This document shows, piece after piece, positions 36,703 to 47,110 of a stretch of DNA of 64,000 bases. The position numbers and the translations under genes are program-made. The notes under the pieces were generated by a model. It had not been told where the DNA came from and did no database searches. It was given only the letters and a program-made list of their open reading frames with translations. The DNA is from a virus (lineage: Duplodnaviria; Caudoviricetes). The DNA is taken from IMG/VR virus record IMGVR_UViG_3300027754_000035. One strand, given 5' to 3'. Positions within the stretch are counted from its first letter, which is position 1, and every line of letters starts with the position of its first letter.

Positions 36703-37740
36703 ATGAAAAAGTTACTATATCTGTCTTGCCATTGTGTTTTGGAATATGATGAACTGCGTCTACTCAACGATCTTGGCTACGATGTTTTTACCAACGACGC
36801 ATATCATCGACCACGCACACCAGTTGTTAATCGTAGACCACCACTAGATATTCCCGATAATGAGGACTATCTCAAGAGGTTCTACGACATGTGTCACGTC
36901 AACAGCATCAACCCCGATGTCAAGCCTGAGCAATACAACAATTTGCTCACGGATGCCATGATTGACGCATTTGATGTTATTATGGTGATGCACTTACCAC
37001 GATTCATCGAACAAAACTGGGAACGTATCAAGCATAAAACGGTGATCTGGAGAACTATTGGGCAATCCACACCCGACGTAGAAGCCACAATCACACGATA
37101 TCGTGATCAGGGTCTCAAGATTGTACGCTATAGTCCCAAAGAACGTGAACTACCAAATTACGCCGGTGAGGATGTTATGATTCGTTTTGGTAAGTATGAG
37201 AGTGATTATTTACCATATGTTGGAGATCAAAACTATGTAATGACATTTGGACAGAATGTTATTGGTAGAAATGATCACTGCCGATATGATTTGATTCGTA
37301 GTGTTGCCAGAGACTATAATTTCAAACTGTTTGGTCCAGGTAACACCGACGCACCAATGAGTTATGGCGAGTTAGATTATACTACTCAACTATTGCAGTT
37401 GAGTAAAAACAAGGCATACTTGTATAGCGGCACATGGCCTGCCTCATACACACTCAATTTTATTGAGGCATGGATGAGTGGAATTCCAGTTGTAGCTTTG
37501 GGTGAAGAACTCACCAGTAAAGTTGGTAAGTTCCCATACGAAGTCAACAGTCTCATCAAGCATGGAGAAAATGGATTTTGTAGCAATAATATCAAAGAAC
37601 TCAAGGAATGTATTCGTGAAGTCATGATTGATAACACTTTGCGCAAACGCATCAGTGAAAATGGTAAAAAAGATGCCAGTGAAATTTTTGGTGCCACAAC
37701 AATTAAAGCGCAATGGAAGTCGTTTCTTGAAACTCTATGA
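36703..37740 (+). CDS. GT-B (GT4-like) glycosyltransferase
   Basis: YTLNFIEAWMSGIPVV, IKHGENGF; start reassigned to 36703. Confidence 0.85.
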   Translation: MKKLLYLSCHCVLEYDELRLLNDLGYDVFTNDAYHRPRTPVVNRRPPLDIPDNEDYLKRFYDMCHVNSINPDVKPEQYNNLLTDAMIDAFDVIMVMHLPRFIEQNWERIKHKTVIWRTIGQSTPDVEATITRYRDQGLKIVRYSPKERELPNYAGEDVMIRFGKYESDYLPYVGDQNYVMTFGQNVIGRNDHCRYDLIRSVARDYNFKLFGPGNTDAPMSYGELDYTTQLLQLSKNKAYLYSGTWPASYTLNFIEAWMSGIPVVALGEELTSKVGKFPYEVNSLIKHGENGFCSNNIKELKECIREVMIDNTLRKRISENGKKDASEIFGATTIKAQWKSFLETL

Positions 37741-38894
37741 AAATATTTTGTGATTTTCATCATAGAGATTTGGTCAACTCAATGTGTCACCTATTCGAAA
37801 AACGAATGGGTGGTGAGTTGTTTGTTCCATGGGGACTAGACTATTACAAACAAGGATATTGGGGAGTTGTGGATGCCAACAAGGATGCCGTGGCAGAGCA
37901 ATTTTTAATCAATACGTTTACAGAGACCGACAAACAAACGTTCACAGATCGTGGTGATGGAACTGTTCTGGTAAATACCAATGATGGTAAACTCCCATTC
38001 AAAGGTATAAATTTTGACGCTTTTTGTAAAACTAAGTTTGACATCATTATTGCGACCGTACCGGCTCATATCGAATTGTATATGAAGTTGCAGCGGGATC
38101 ATCAACCACAAGCCAAGTTCATTTTTGAGGCTGGTAATAATTGGGGACACATACCCACCAATGTTCCCAACTTTTTGAACTCCACAACATACACATTTAT
38201 TTCTGGAGAAGATATTCATGGGTGGACCATGCAAAGTTTGTATAAGAAATACCAAAAGAAAGACTTGTACAAAGGTCTACACAAAATCTTTCAGAATCGT
38301 AGAACTGGCAAGAAGTGCAACATGGTGTTTTTTCATCCAGAGTTTGACTTAAATATTTTTAAGAACGATAATAGCATAAAAAACATCAAGAGTATCAGCA
38401 ACTTACGTCATGGATGCAATACATTGGGTGGGTTGTATGAATTGGAACGACGACTTCCAGATTGGACCATCAAAGCATATGGTATCAACAACCGAGATGG
38501 TGAACTACAAACAGATCAGGATATTGCCAGAGTGATGAACGAGTCTGGGTTTATTTATCACGTCAAACCTGTTGGTGACGGTTATGGATACAACACACAC
38601 CAAAGCTTTGCTGTGGGATCAATTGTAATCACCGACAGTAGTCATATGTGTAGTGGTGGCAATCCAGATGAATGGTTTACATCACATCTGTTGTTGGATA
38701 TTGAAAATTATCATACTGCTCCTACATTTGTTGATTGGAGTCGTTACAATTACAATAGTATTGTTGATAGATTGAACTGGTGTGCTGATAACTATCCCAC
38801 TCTGCAACAGAACGCAATGAATAAATTCAAAGAAGTAGTGGATTTTGATGCTGAATACCAGAAGATCCGTGTATTTATTGAAAGACTGATATGA
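37737..38894 (+). CDS. GT-B-like glycosyltransferase
   Basis: HVKPVGDGYGYNTHQSFAVG; paralog of 38891. Confidence 0.7.
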   Translation: MKIFCDFHHRDLVNSMCHLFEKRMGGELFVPWGLDYYKQGYWGVVDANKDAVAEQFLINTFTETDKQTFTDRGDGTVLVNTNDGKLPFKGINFDAFCKTKFDIIIATVPAHIELYMKLQRDHQPQAKFIFEAGNNWGHIPTNVPNFLNSTTYTFISGEDIHGWTMQSLYKKYQKKDLYKGLHKIFQNRRTGKKCNMVFFHPEFDLNIFKNDNSIKNIKSISNLRHGCNTLGGLYELERRLPDWTIKAYGINNRDGELQTDQDIARVMNESGFIYHVKPVGDGYGYNTHQSFAVGSIVITDSSHMCSGGNPDEWFTSHLLLDIENYHTAPTFVDWSRYNYNSIVDRLNWCADNYPTLQQNAMNKFKEVVDFDAEYQKIRVFIERLI

Positions 38895-39886
38895 ATGTTT
38901 TATTAGATTACCACCACCTTTCCTTGCTGCGGTCGCTTTATATACTGTTTAGAGAACGCTTTCAATTCAACGTAGACATACCATCTGGATGGGATTGGTA
39001 TTACGAGGGATCGCTGTACAGTTCATATGCTCCAGAAGTAGGTGCATACACCATATCACCCGAATTTAACAACGCATATTTTCATCGATATTTACCAGAT
39101 CTTAAACCAGGTGCATATGAAAAGTTCAAGGACAATCATTACGACATCGTGGTGTGTACACTGTTGGAAAACTATGTTGCTTGGAAAACGTTGGTACGCC
39201 AATATAACCTCAAAGCCAAAGTAATTTTTCAGATTGGTAACAATATTCCGTTGTGGTGTCAACCAACTCAGTTTGAAAACATAATGAGCAGTTCTTGGCC
39301 TTGTTATGTTAACTATCCATGCAAAAACAAGGTGTTTTATCATCAAGAATTTGACACCAAGTTGTTTAAGCAAAATGTGGACTGTAACAGAAAAAGTGTG
39401 GGTAATCTACAACATTTCATGCAGATGCCTGAGTTGTTTTACGGTTTGGAAAAAAGCATGACGGACTATACATTCCACGCACATGGTGCTGGTAATCGTG
39501 ACGGTTTTATTCCAAATGGCGAACACGAAATGAGTGATTTCATAAAAAATATAGGCTTTTTGTTTCATTGCAAAGTGGTGGACGAAGGTTATGGACATAA
39601 TATCCACAATGCTTTTGCGTGTGGAAAACCAATTATCACCGATAGCAGCCATATGGGTGTTGATTGGAATGGTTGGATCGGCAACACAGCATCATTGCTG
39701 TTTGAAGACGGCAAAACTATTATTGATGTAAATGGCAAAACTATCAAGGAAGTCGAGGGGGCGATCCGAGATATGACTGACAACTATGCGGAAGTCAGTA
39801 ATTATGTACTTAAGAAGTTTCAGACAGTCAGTGACTTTGACGATGAGTTTTTAGCTATTAAGTCGTTTTTATCAAACCTTGTATGA
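38891..39886 (+). CDS. GT-B-like glycosyltransferase
   Basis: HCKVVDEGYGHNIHNAFACGKPII; shares N-terminal DxHH and FHxEFD with 37737. Confidence 0.7.
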   Translation: MNVLLDYHHLSLLRSLYILFRERFQFNVDIPSGWDWYYEGSLYSSYAPEVGAYTISPEFNNAYFHRYLPDLKPGAYEKFKDNHYDIVVCTLLENYVAWKTLVRQYNLKAKVIFQIGNNIPLWCQPTQFENIMSSSWPCYVNYPCKNKVFYHQEFDTKLFKQNVDCNRKSVGNLQHFMQMPELFYGLEKSMTDYTFHAHGAGNRDGFIPNGEHEMSDFIKNIGFLFHCKVVDEGYGHNIHNAFACGKPIITDSSHMGVDWNGWIGNTASLLFEDGKTIIDVNGKTIKEVEGAIRDMTDNYAEVSNYVLKKFQTVSDFDDEFLAIKSFLSNLV

Positions 39887-41016
39887 ACAACCGTGAAATA
39901 TCGCTACTATTGCCTACTACAGGCGAGCCTTTAATTCTGCACTTCTGGCTTCAAAACCTAAAGAAGTATAAACATTTGGTAAACAATGTATTTGTTGCTG
40001 TGGACTGCATGGGTAAACTCAATCCCATGGAGTTTATTTTTGTTGAAAACTATTTGCGTAGACAGCTTAGTAGAATTCCCGATCTACGTGAACACTTCAA
40101 TTATTGTTTGGGTGAGCATGGACGAAACATAGATAGTCTATTCAAAAATTATGAACCCGACATCAAAGAAAATGTGTTGTTGATGGAAGAAGACAATTTT
40201 ATCATCAATCCCCAACTGTTGGAAAAAGAAATCAACAGTTATTTTGATGATAATTACGACGTAATCGGTTGTCCCCGAGGTTCATGCACTCCTTATTTGG
40301 GAGAAATAATTCGTGAGTATGTGTGGACCAGACCCGATTTACATCTGGATACTAAACTACGTCGAGACGAAATTACTTACAATTTTTGGCCCACACTTTT
40401 GTTGACCAAGAAACAACACTTTCTCAACAGTTCCCGCAATTTTGGTTCCAAGACATGGGAGTCTGGATCATTGCTGAAATTGGGTGAATCTGAAACCGTG
40501 CTACGAGAACAATGTAATGGTGACACATTGGTACCATTTTCAATTGAACTATACCAAAAACCCGAGATCAAGAAGGTAAAACTGTTGGACAACGTTTACC
40601 ATTCACGATTGGAAGACAACGAATTTATTCCGCAAATCGTTGACACAAGCATAGACTTTCACGTTGGATCTCTATCGGGTATGTTGGTCAATCGGTTGTG
40701 GAAGCCCTTCACGGGCACATGGGACACGGATTCATATGTACCATATATTCGTAAAATTAAAAATGAACCATATGCTCGTATAGAGATTATGGAAACATAT
40801 CGTAGATTGTTGCTGTTGCAGCAAATGTTGTATACACTTAAAGATCCCAAGGAATTTGAGTTCTTCAACAATTATGAAGCCAATCTGGAACGTATTATCA
40901 ACATCTATGAAACTGAAAATGATATGCCTGCTATATTGGATTCATTTTGTATTGCTGCCTTGAAGGGTGGTATTGATGTTGACAAATATGCGATGGTTTG
41001 CAAAAAAATGTTATGA
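39883..41016 (+). CDS. divergent GT-A-like protein
   Basis: LLMEEDNF, FWPTLL, FHVGSLS. Confidence 0.55.
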   Translation: MNNREISLLLPTTGEPLILHFWLQNLKKYKHLVNNVFVAVDCMGKLNPMEFIFVENYLRRQLSRIPDLREHFNYCLGEHGRNIDSLFKNYEPDIKENVLLMEEDNFIINPQLLEKEINSYFDDNYDVIGCPRGSCTPYLGEIIREYVWTRPDLHLDTKLRRDEITYNFWPTLLLTKKQHFLNSSRNFGSKTWESGSLLKLGESETVLREQCNGDTLVPFSIELYQKPEIKKVKLLDNVYHSRLEDNEFIPQIVDTSIDFHVGSLSGMLVNRLWKPFTGTWDTDSYVPYIRKIKNEPYARIEIMETYRRLLLLQQMLYTLKDPKEFEFFNNYEANLERIINIYETENDMPAILDSFCIAALKGGIDVDKYAMVCKKML

Positions 41017-41909
41017 ATAAAGTTGACGTTGTAATCATATCCATCCCAGAGTTTGATAGTCCATTGATTCGTGATTTTATTCATCGATATCACACACGGT
41101 TCAACAAGATCTATTACGTTTTCAATTACGTTTTTGCAAGTCCATTGACAGCCAAGGAACGCTCGTTTATTGAATTTATTGAGAACGACCTCAAAGATAA
41201 ATGTGAAATATTGCATCAAGCAACTGAAGTACATGGTGTTCACGATTGGCGCAGTTTGTCTATGAGTGCTGTATTGGCCAAGAGCAACGCAGACTATATA
41301 TTTAGTATTGAACCTGATTTTGTTGGTGATTGGGACAAGATCGTGGATAAAATGTTGAATGTTGAGTATTCACTATTCACCAATTATTCTGCCGCAACAA
41401 AAATTAGCACATTTCGATTTTGGCCTAGCTTTTGGGGATGTAAGCGGAGTTTGTTGAATAAGGTTGATTGTAACTTTTCGTCGATGCCCAATGATCGTGT
41501 AAAATCATTGTATAACATCAAATACGACAAAGTTATCAAATATTCTCCGACACTTTCTTTAGCAACAGATTTGTGCGCATCTGGCGGCTACAATTTAACC
41601 AATAAAATAGTTAAAGTAGAAATAGATGTTGAGAATGCATATTACGACCATTTCGATTATGTTAGTACGCAATTGATGGATTTGATTCAAGACGATGGTA
41701 AACAATTGTTATTTTTGAATCGAATGCCGGATGTTTGGTATGAGCATATGAGTGGTATCACATATGACTTCCGAGAAGTATCAAATGGTAAATCAATGCC
41801 TAGAACAAACAACGCTTACAAACGTTTTTACGAATTATGTTTGCTTTGTACTGTCACGTTTTTTAATGAGTGGCGACAGATATCTGAAGTTATTGTCAAC
41901 ACAGTATGA
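41013..41909 (+). CDS. divergent GT-A-like protein
   Basis: FSIEPDF, FWPSFW, YEHMSGI; ATGA overlap. Confidence 0.55.
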   Translation: MNKVDVVIISIPEFDSPLIRDFIHRYHTRFNKIYYVFNYVFASPLTAKERSFIEFIENDLKDKCEILHQATEVHGVHDWRSLSMSAVLAKSNADYIFSIEPDFVGDWDKIVDKMLNVEYSLFTNYSAATKISTFRFWPSFWGCKRSLLNKVDCNFSSMPNDRVKSLYNIKYDKVIKYSPTLSLATDLCASGGYNLTNKIVKVEIDVENAYYDHFDYVSTQLMDLIQDDGKQLLFLNRMPDVWYEHMSGITYDFREVSNGKSMPRTNNAYKRFYELCLLCTVTFFNEWRQISEVIVNTV

Positions 41910-42907
41910 AAGCCCTCATAGTTCCATTTGTTAAATATAGTTTGTCAGATCATCAAATTGATCGTCTGTTGATGGATTATTTGTTGATCAACGCACATCG
42001 CATACCTGTTGATTGTATTATTTTTTGCGTATCTAAATTTGATATAGCTACACACGACACAGTTATTAATGGAAAACAAATTAGGTTTGTCAATTCTGGT
42101 GATGTGTGGCATCAATCCAATATAGAAGCGGGAATAGCTACATTGCAAAGCGGCGACAAGTTTGTGCTGATGGACAATGATTGTTTAATCTACGACTATT
42201 CTATATTTGATGATATATTCAATGACTTGGATACTCATGATATTGTGTCTAATTTAGACGGCGGTACCAGAATTGTACCTACACATGTCGAATTTAGAGA
42301 TAGTCACTTGGCTGATCTGAGCGATCCTATTAATTTGATGTATCGTATACCTATCATGTATCCCACAGCAGAGCGTGGTGTCAGAACTCGTTTTGCAGCA
42401 ACATTGTTTGGCTGCAACTATGATTTTTATACAAAGCACAATCGTGATGCGCACAATACGGCTGTAGAATCTATGGAAACTTTTTCTAGGAACGTCGCAA
42501 CACTGACACCAAATGTTAGAGTCAAAGAACTATTGGACTTCAGAAATGGTATATGGGTTAGTTCAATGAATAGATTACAAACATATGACGTGTCTGACGA
42601 TTCTAGAACCGATGAATCATTGTTTGGTGCCAGCAAATATTATCACATTAGAAATTTTGGAGAAACGATTAGGGCTGCCGATCCACTCTATACCTTACAA
42701 ACAGCAATTTCGCAGAACATTTCTGAAGGATTAAGATTGATCAGTTGGTTTACAACGATTGCACAAAAAGTTTCCAAATTTCAATCTAATTATTCCATAT
42801 GTATTGACAGCGTTGAATCATTGTTGGAGAAACATAACGTGCCAAATAGGTTATATCAATCACATTTGTCACTGACAGCTAGATATCACCGTACCCATTT
42901 ATTATGA
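41906..42907 (+). CDS. divergent GT-A-like protein
   Basis: LMDNDC DxD, YYHIRN. Confidence 0.55.
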   Translation: MKALIVPFVKYSLSDHQIDRLLMDYLLINAHRIPVDCIIFCVSKFDIATHDTVINGKQIRFVNSGDVWHQSNIEAGIATLQSGDKFVLMDNDCLIYDYSIFDDIFNDLDTHDIVSNLDGGTRIVPTHVEFRDSHLADLSDPINLMYRIPIMYPTAERGVRTRFAATLFGCNYDFYTKHNRDAHNTAVESMETFSRNVATLTPNVRVKELLDFRNGIWVSSMNRLQTYDVSDDSRTDESLFGASKYYHIRNFGETIRAADPLYTLQTAISQNISEGLRLISWFTTIAQKVSKFQSNYSICIDSVESLLEKHNVPNRLYQSHLSLTARYHRTHLL

Positions 42908-44019
42908 CCAATAGTACAAATGAAAATAGAGCAGTTGGACTTGTTTCAATTGGTAATCCGGTTGCATTGATTGCCAGTCTGGACAAATTCAAAACTGTGT
43001 GTCCAGGCTACAAAATATACGTATACCTCAACATTTCGCAGGAACATATAACTGTTGAGAATTATCAAAAGTTGCTAAACAACTCATACAAAATTATAGC
43101 ACACTATGAACCAAATTTTAGAGAAATTGTTGTGATTGAAAACGCAGCAAAAGTTTGGTTGACACACGGAATGTGTTTGGATATGTTGTATAACTTTGCC
43201 ACAGAAGAAGAATTGGTAATGTTTGAAGAAGACGCATATATATTTAGCAACACTGACTTTGAAGAAAAGTTTCGTAATTTACAAACCAAGGATTTGTTCT
43301 GCGTAGTGGCACCAAAAAATCCAAACAACTACAATGCGCTGTTCAGTAAGTTGAACATTTTTCCCAATACAATCAACATGCCTGGTAAAGAAAGCATTTT
43401 CTTCATCAGAAAATCTTTGTTGAGCAAATATGATTGGGCATCATTTGATTATGTAAAATGGAATTCTGGTGTGATATATACACGACCCGAGGGTACACAA
43501 ATACATTTCCAAGAGGAAATCCATTTTGATACATTTGAATTTTTTAGCTTCAATTGTTGGATGAACAAATCAATCACAGTTGGCACTTATGAAGAACAAA
43601 ACTATGATTATTGGGTGCCTGAGGGTAGGAATGCAACGCATGAATTTTATCAACAAATGACGAACCCAATGAACTATATGCATTATTTCAATGGTGCATT
43701 GTTTCAGTATTTGGACTACCATGGACCCAACAACAGTAAGTTCTATAAAAATATGATGTACACTGCTCCACATTTTGGGCAGTTCATGTATCATATGAGC
43801 ACGTATATTATCCAGATTGGTATTTTGCGTGCGGTCAAAAAGAAATACGTTGAAATTTTGGGCAACGTTGAGTATGATCTAAACAAACGTTCGATCAAGA
43901 ACTCGTTGAGTATGTTGATTAATTACTTTGGGTATTTTAAGATTCGTCACCAATACAAATTGGTAAAATTCATCAAGTTTACCTACAAGTTTACAAATCG
44001 ACATCATGGTATTAAGTAA
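42904..44019 (+). CDS. divergent GT-A-like protein, paralog of 45094
   Basis: SIGNP, FEEDAYIF, PGKESIFFIRK, FDTFEFFS, HYFN. Confidence 0.6.
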   Translation: MTNSTNENRAVGLVSIGNPVALIASLDKFKTVCPGYKIYVYLNISQEHITVENYQKLLNNSYKIIAHYEPNFREIVVIENAAKVWLTHGMCLDMLYNFATEEELVMFEEDAYIFSNTDFEEKFRNLQTKDLFCVVAPKNPNNYNALFSKLNIFPNTINMPGKESIFFIRKSLLSKYDWASFDYVKWNSGVIYTRPEGTQIHFQEEIHFDTFEFFSFNCWMNKSITVGTYEEQNYDYWVPEGRNATHEFYQQMTNPMNYMHYFNGALFQYLDYHGPNNSKFYKNMMYTAPHFGQFMYHMSTYIIQIGILRAVKKKYVEILGNVEYDLNKRSIKNSLSMLINYFGYFKIRHQYKLVKFIKFTYKFTNRHHGIK

Positions 44020-44022
44020 ATT

Positions 44023-44637
44023 ATGACCAAAAATCTAAATATAGAGATGATGCAAATTTTGTCGGACGTTAAGTCGTCATACAAAAATAGTAATTATTGG
44101 GTCAAATTTTACAACTATGTTATGCAGTCCCAACCCGAATTGATTGTGGAAATGGGATTGTTGGACGGATATTCGTTGTTGAGTTTTGCCATGGGGTGTC
44201 GAGACAACAACAAAGGTAAAATTGTTGCTATCGACTTGTTTGAAGATTATCCGTATAATCACGCAAGCTACGCTGGTATACAGAAAAAATTGGAAAGTCA
44301 TAATCTACAACAGTATGTGACTTTACAAAAAAACAACGCAATGTTCTTAGATGCTCAGTTTGAAAACAACAGTATTGATCTGATGCATATTGATATCAGC
44401 AATACGGGTGACAAGTTGGAGTCGTTGTTGAAAACATATCATAGTAAACTCAAGACCAATGGCATCATTTTATTTGAAGGTGGATCTGTTGCCAGAGACA
44501 ATATACCGTGGATGATCAAATATCAATGTCAACCAATAGCTCCAATATTAGAAAAACCAGATTTGTTGAATCTATACACATTCTTTGTGATCAACAACTA
44601 CCCATCATTAACAATTTGTTACAAAAACCATGAATAG
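44023..44637 (+). CDS. class I SAM methyltransferase (Methyltransf_24-like)
   Basis: VEMGLLDGYS, AIDLFE, IDLMHIDIS, GIILFEG. Confidence 0.82.
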   Translation: MTKNLNIEMMQILSDVKSSYKNSNYWVKFYNYVMQSQPELIVEMGLLDGYSLLSFAMGCRDNNKGKIVAIDLFEDYPYNHASYAGIQKKLESHNLQQYVTLQKNNAMFLDAQFENNSIDLMHIDISNTGDKLESLLKTYHSKLKTNGIILFEGGSVARDNIPWMIKYQCQPIAPILEKPDLLNLYTFFVINNYPSLTICYKNHE

Positions 44638-45097
44638 TCCAAGATTTTATTTTGATATATACAAGCGTTACGTTAACACTCCAGACATTGCGAATCTGAA
44701 AGTATTGGAAATCAACACCACCGGCACACTATCTTCACAGATGTGGAAGCAGCTGTGTACTTCTATTACTGTTGAAAGCGATTTGTCAAAGGTTGGTGAC
44801 CACGAATTTGATTTTTACCACATCAATCTGACAGATTACAACAACTTGGTTGCCTTGATCAAACAATTGAATCTACAAAAGCGACCACACGGAACGCATT
44901 ACATCTTATTGGGAAATAAAGTTGCTGCGTGGGAGAACATCAAATTGTTGCAACAAGATGAAGACCTACGCAAAGATGGTAGAATGTTTTATACTGCTGC
45001 CGATCTGGGTATGTTACCATATAAAATTAAAAAGCCAGATCAAACTGTGATCCGTGATGTTGTTGAGCCAGAGGCTACCTTGTTAGAATATAGATGA
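44630..45097 (+). CDS. hypothetical protein, possibly a degenerate methyltransferase fold
   Basis: KVLEINTTG and FDFYHI loosely echo MTase motifs; operon coupling. Confidence 0.5.
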   Translation: MNSPRFYFDIYKRYVNTPDIANLKVLEINTTGTLSSQMWKQLCTSITVESDLSKVGDHEFDFYHINLTDYNNLVALIKQLNLQKRPHGTHYILLGNKVAAWENIKLLQQDEDLRKDGRMFYTAADLGMLPYKIKKPDQTVIRDVVEPEATLLEYR

Positions 45098-46218
45098 GTC
45101 TGTTGGTTCCAATTACTACCAAAGCAATAGGATTGACCAGCATTGGAAATCCTATTACGCTTATTGCAGCACTTGATAAACTGGGCAAATTAGCGTGCGG
45201 ATATAAGTTGTATGTTTGTCTGAATGTTCCTCAACAACAAACCACCACCGAGCGTTATGCGGCATTGATAGCCAATAGTCATAAGATACTGCAACACTAC
45301 GAATCACGGTTTGGTGGTATTGTCATTATTGATCCTCAAGATGAATGTTGGGCTTCACATGGATATTGTATCGACCTGATTTTTCATGCTTGTGAGGAAC
45401 AGGCCATTGCTATTTTTGAAGAAGACGCATATATCTTCGACCAAGAAGTATTTAATGATTGGTTTGATAAATTGAATTCATATCATGTTGTTAGCGGTAT
45501 GGATTATTTACACCCCAACAACTTTTGGTTTTTTGATAGTATGTCTAAGTATGGATCAACAACCAATAAGCCAGGTAAAGAGAGCATATTTTTCATTCGC
45601 AAAGATATTATAAACCATCACAACTGGTTTTCGTTTGACTATCTGATACTCAACGAAGGAAGCACAATCAAGGTACCATTCAGAGACGACTCATTTGTGT
45701 TACAAAAATGGATGGGATTTGATACATTTGAATTCTTTTCATGGGGATGTATGTTGAATACCAATATTAAATGGTTGACTTACCAAGAAAAGACGTATAA
45801 TTATTGGTATTATTATGTCAAAGAACAATTTGATGCATTCAAAGAACATTACTCACGACCACAACCATATACACATTATTTCAACAGTGCTATTTTTTAT
45901 CATTTATCGTATCATGGCAAAAGCAACGATGTCAATTATAGAATTACAACGATGCGTGAACCTATGCAAGATACATTTTTGCCACACTTGACCACATTTA
46001 TGGTACAAATGATGTTGTTATTGACGATGCGGAACGTGTATATTCAGTTGTTGGGTAAACAAGAATATCAAATACATAGAAAGTCATTAAAACAAGCTCT
46101 ACGGTATCTTTTACAATACTTTGGTTATGCTAGATGTAAATTTGGGATTAAAATTCTAAGCTACGCCAAGTTCACTTATAGTTACATAAAGACACAGCAT
46201 GGTCCTATTTTGTTATGA
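45094..46218 (+). CDS. divergent GT-A-like protein, paralog of 42904
   Basis: SIGNP, FEEDAYIF, PGKESIFFIRK, FDTFEFFS, HYFN. Confidence 0.6.
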   Translation: MSLLVPITTKAIGLTSIGNPITLIAALDKLGKLACGYKLYVCLNVPQQQTTTERYAALIANSHKILQHYESRFGGIVIIDPQDECWASHGYCIDLIFHACEEQAIAIFEEDAYIFDQEVFNDWFDKLNSYHVVSGMDYLHPNNFWFFDSMSKYGSTTNKPGKESIFFIRKDIINHHNWFSFDYLILNEGSTIKVPFRDDSFVLQKWMGFDTFEFFSWGCMLNTNIKWLTYQEKTYNYWYYYVKEQFDAFKEHYSRPQPYTHYFNSAIFYHLSYHGKSNDVNYRITTMREPMQDTFLPHLTTFMVQMMLLLTMRNVYIQLLGKQEYQIHRKSLKQALRYLLQYFGYARCKFGIKILSYAKFTYSYIKTQHGPILL

Positions 46219-47108
46219 ACCCAATCTTCCAATTCAAAGAACTTAGAGTGGAAATGTTGAAGCAATTCGACGGTACCACCAATTATTTTAACTGCGCACA
46301 TCTTAATGGCAAAACCATTTTCCGCAAAGAATACAAGTTGACACCTGATTTTCACGTCAACGATATTGTGGATCAAGATGGAAACACCATTCTTCAAAAT
46401 TATGCCGATGAAGAATATCATTACAATTTTGAAGATGCCCGATGGGTGGATGACAAAACCATTAGTGTTTGTGTCAGCAAGTGGGATGTCAATGATTTAG
46501 CAAAGTTGTGCGGGGTTGTATATAAGAAATACGATTTAGAAACCAAAAAGCTATACCACTTTTTGACGCAACGTAGTCATTTTGAAAAACATTGGCAGTT
46601 CTACAACAATTACATCATTTATCACGTCAACCCATACACAATTTTTGATCAAAATGAACAAGAAGTATTCAGCAAGAAAATCAATTGGAAGCCGTGGATA
46701 GATAAATTTGGAAGTCCAGGTCTTAGTACCAATGTATTTGATGTGTACGGTGAAAAGTTTTTGTTGTACCACAGTTATGTTCATCAAGGACCGTTGTTGA
46801 TGAAATACTTTGTGGGTGTGATGAAATTAAATAATGATATTACACCAGTTGGTTATTGTGCCAATCCGTTGTTGGTGGCAGATCGAGACTACAGCAGCAA
46901 CTACGTATTGAATAATTTGTGGAATTGGAGGGCTACTGCTCATCGTAAAGCTGTTAAGTACGAAGTGTTGTTTCCAATGAGTGTCAGTGTGGATGACAGT
47001 GCCATTCATATTTACGGCGGTCTCAATGATTGTAGCTCGGTTAAAATGAGTATAGACAAAATTGAATTCTTGAATAGAATCAGACAACAACCATTCGTTA
47101 TTTATTGA
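46215..47108 (+). CDS. five-bladed beta-propeller glycoside hydrolase/transferase-like protein (GH130/GT91/GT108-like)
   Basis: FEDAR (EDPR-like), FEKHW (EKNW-like), VLFPMS...IYGGLND. Confidence 0.6.
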   Translation: MNPIFQFKELRVEMLKQFDGTTNYFNCAHLNGKTIFRKEYKLTPDFHVNDIVDQDGNTILQNYADEEYHYNFEDARWVDDKTISVCVSKWDVNDLAKLCGVVYKKYDLETKKLYHFLTQRSHFEKHWQFYNNYIIYHVNPYTIFDQNEQEVFSKKINWKPWIDKFGSPGLSTNVFDVYGEKFLLYHSYVHQGPLLMKYFVGVMKLNNDITPVGYCANPLLVADRDYSSNYVLNNLWNWRATAHRKAVKYEVLFPMSVSVDDSAIHIYGGLNDCSSVKMSIDKIEFLNRIRQQPFVIY

Positions 47109-47110
47109 AC

